Positions 60,726-64,000 of a DNA stretch of 64,000 nt are shown here, one piece after another (position 1 is the stretch's first letter; every line of letters starts with the position of its first letter). The stretch lies in the NCBI RefSeq assembly GCF_018350175.1, contig NC_058383.1, forward strand, positions 20,400,001 through 20,464,000, read 5' to 3'. The notes beneath the pieces were generated by a model. That model had not been told where the DNA came from. It searched no databases and saw only the letters and a program-made list of their open reading frames with translations. A program made the position numbers and the translations under genes. This DNA is from Felis catus (lineage: Eukaryota).

Positions 60726-62712
60726 TTAATGTCATGTTAATAGAACACATGTTAATATCATATGTTACTTGGAGAATTAAAATCAACTTAAAGTATCATT
60801 CAGGAAATAAAGGAAGGAAGGAAAAAGTTTATGTTGCTCTCTCCAAAGTAAGAACAGGCTTTGATCAGAAGACTGTTTACAAAACGAAACGTCCTCTTGA
60901 ATCATCTCGAATCATCCCGAAATGTCATCCTCTTTTCTCCACAATGGGGGTAATTATCACGGCTGGGAGCTATTTCTTGAATTCATATACTATCATGATG
61001 TGGCAGCCCTAGAGTTCAGAGACAGGGAAATGTCTTTCTCCCTCTCTCTCTCTCTCTCTCTCTTTTTCTCTTTTTAACATAATCTAAATTTAACAAGCCC
61101 ATTAAAGCAAATGTTTCAACAGGCGACAGTGAACTGATTACAATATTTAATAAATCCTACTCCCAAACGAGGGCTTTCAAATGCCAGCAAGGAGCCAAAC
61201 TTGTACTCTATTCATCCCTTTTGTTCCAACATCTTGTGGGAGTGTTGGATGGGGAACCCCCTTTGTGATCCATCAAAGACAGGGAAATAATCATGATCAC
61301 CTTTAAAAGTGCCACTCAGAGTACCCAATTTGCTTCATAATGCTTGACAAAGCTGGGATCCGCCGCCTTTACCCCCCACCCCCCACTCCTCACCCCCCAC
61401 AGGAGAGGAAGACGCTATGTCAAATGGAGAGGCCGGATCCCAGTGTTCCAAGACCCGAAAACACGACCAGAAACGTCTCGTGCCCACCCTGGTTCCTAAG
61501 CGGGACACATGACATCGTGGGAGCCACCTTGCCGCTGGGAACTTTCCTCAGCTATAAAACAAAGGGGGTTGGCGAGATGAGGATTTTCCTCTGTGATTAC
61601 AGTTCCACAGTCGCTTCCCTCTGCTGCGTGCCTGGGGGACAGACAAACTCCCCATGAAAATGGATTGTGTGACAACACAGCCTTCTGCTCCGCGTGCCGG
61701 CGTCTTTCTCGCACACGTACTGCGATCGTGGCGTCTCAGACGGCTTTCCTGCTGGGCTCTGGAAGTGGGAAGCCTCGCTCACTCAAGGGGCAGGTGCGGG
61801 TCTCCCCGTTCTGGAAAGGTCTCTCCTGGTACGAGGAGGAGGTGAATCCACAGACTGGAAATAAGAATGTCAGAAGGGAGAGAAAGCCAGGGAGCTATGG
61901 ATCATCTGTGTTTTCCCGCCTCGTGGCTGTGGGTTGCTTAGAAAACAGCCCAGGGAGGTCCCTACATCAGCCAGGCTGACGGCCTCAGGCCCCTCCGATT
62001 CCCAGGGAAATCACGCTTTGGCTGGTCATAGGATCTTCTTGGAACACGAGCCTAGGCATAAATACGCAGCCGAAAGGCGGGCGCCCTCCTGGAAGATGCG
62101 CAGTATGTTCCTGAGGCCAGCGGCCAGCCAGGAGTCTCCTTCCCCACCCCACTTCCAGCACCCGGCTGCATACACAGTGGCACCAGGCCACCAGACTCGG
62201 CCCGGCCGAGGGGCAGAGGGGGCCGTGCCCGCCGAGGCCATACCTCCTCCCCCGTTAACCCCTGCCGCATCGGTACCGCCTGCTTCCCCCCAGATCCGGG
62301 GCCCGCGGGACAGCGCGGCCTGGTTTCCACGCCAGCATCTAATGTGACGGTGACGTTGGGTACACCATCAAGGGAAATAAGGGAAACAGAAGATCCAGAC
62401 CCGTGCGAAGGAGCAGAAGGAGGTCTCGATTCGAAGGCAGAAGACTTTCCGGCAGCCGCCCCACACCGTGCTTACCCAGAGCGGTGCCCACCTCCCTTTC
62501 CTCTCCTTTTTTGTCCTCAAAATACACACACACACACACACCCAGAATGATACACAAGAAGTAAGTATAATGGCTTCGGGGAGGAGCTGGGGATCATCTG
62601 GGGTGGAGAGGAGGCTTACTTTCACCTAGATGAAAATCATCTTTGATTTTGAAAACCCATATATATAGGGATTGTCCTATCAAATACAAATATGACTTTA
62701 AAAGCTGAGGAT

Positions 62713-62945
62713 GGGGTGCCTGGGTGGCTCAGTCGGTTAATCATTGACTCTTGATCTCAGCTCAGGTCTTGATCTTAGGGTCTTGAGTTCCAGCCCCTCC
62801 TTGGGCTTTGCACTGGGTATGGAGTCTACTTACAAAAAAAAAAAAGGAGCCATGCCTGGGTGGCTCAGTTGGTTGAGCATCTGACTCTTGGTTTCCGCTC
62901 AGGTGAGATTCTCTGTCTCCCTCTCTCTGCCCCTCCCTCTCTAAA
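62713..62945 (+). mobile_element. Two short/deleted Can-SINEs in tandem
   Basis: Heads at ~62713 and ~62853; the second jumps from ctcaggtgag directly into the CT tract. Confidence 0.88.
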
Positions 62946-62961
62946 TAAAGAAATAGATATT

Positions 62962-63668
62962 TAATAAAATAAATAAATAAAATAAAATAAAGTAAAGTAA
63001 AATAAAATAAAATGAAGTAAAGTAAAGTAAAGTAAAATAAAGTAAAATAAAATAAAATAAAATAAAGTAAAATAAAATAAAGTAAAATAAAATAAAATAA
63101 AGTAAAGTAAAGTAAAATAAAATAAAGTAAAGTAAAATAAAATAAAATAAAATAAAGTAAACTAAAGTAAAGTAAGATAAAATAAAATAAAGTAAAGTAA
63201 GATAAAATAAAATAAAGTAAAGTAAAGTAAAATAAAATAAAATAAAGTAAAGTAAAATAAAATAAAGTAAAATGAAATAAAATAAAATAAAGTAAAATAA
63301 AATAAAATAAAATAAAGTAAAATAAAATAAAGTAAAATAAAATAAAGTAAAATAAAATAAAGTAAAGTAAAATAAAATAAAGTAAAATAAAGTAAAATAA
63401 AGTAAAGTAAAATAAAATAAAATAAAGTAAAGTAAGATAAAATAAAATAAAGTAAAGTAAGATAAAATAAAATAAAGTAAAGTAAAGTAAAATAAAATAA
63501 AATAAAGTAAAGTAAAGTAAAATAAAATAAAGTAAAATTAAATAAAATAAAATAAAGTAAAGTAAAATAAAATAAAATAAAATAAAGTAAAATAAAATAA
63601 AGTAAAATAAAATAAAGTAAAAAAAAAATAAAATAAAATAAAGTAAAATAAAATAAAATAAAATAAAA
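62962..63668 (+). repeat. ~700 bp (TAAAA/TAAAG)n pentanucleotide array
   Basis: Directly visible; continues the SINE A tail. Confidence 0.98.
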
Positions 63669-63709
63669 TCTGAAGATCTGACTCCCTTTCACCTCTTCAT
63701 ACTTATCTT

Positions 63710-63802
63710 GAAGAGCACGGAGCAATGCATAAGATTGTTGAATCGCTGTATTGTACACCCGAAATGAATAGAACACTGTATGTTTACACTGGAATTAAAG
63801 TC
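63710..63802 (+). mobile_element. Carnivore L1 3' terminus
   Basis: ttgttgaatcgctgtattgtacacccgaaa..acactgtatg..acactggaattaaa. Confidence 0.75.
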
Positions 63803-63904
63803 AAAATTTTAAACATGTGACTTTATGTGACGTACCACAACACATGGCAAAGCATTTCAAAAGGACAACCATCTCCCGTGACCACGCAGCTTCCCGTCCA
63901 CCCT

Positions 63905-64000
63905 TGTGGGTGCAGGAAAAATGGTCCCCAGAGATGCTCAAGTCCTACGTCCCACAACGTGTAATATGTTACCTTACATTTCAAAAGGGACCTTACTGCT
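63905..64000 (+). mobile_element. Start of a MaLR LTR (MLT1D-like), runs off the window
   Basis: aatggtccccagagatg..aatatgttaccttaca..aaaagggac. Confidence 0.7.

Overview
Mammalian nuclear DNA from a carnivore, almost certainly a felid, judged by about 36 tRNA-derived Can-SINEs that include young SINEC_Fc-type copies. I cannot support any intact protein-coding exon, so the window looks intronic or intergenic. It holds SINEC, MIR, L2, several L1 fragments, MaLR/ERVL LTRs, hAT MITEs (MER5, MER20) and a Tigger1 split by six later insertions. There are four long simple-repeat arrays (GGA/GAA, TA, GGAA, TAAAA/TAAAG) and an 87-bp x3 tandem repeat. The most unusual signal is on the minus strand at about 9600-11400: a heavily decayed Ty3/gypsy (sushi-ichi-like) gag frame resembling the domesticated RTL/SIRH family (PEG10, LDOC1, RTL3/4). 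It shows a zipper, capsid motifs, a zinc-knuckle remnant and a possible frameshift-site remnant in the expected order, split by an MLT1 LTR. All repeat-family calls and protein comparisons were made by eye from remembered consensus sequences; boundaries are approximate.
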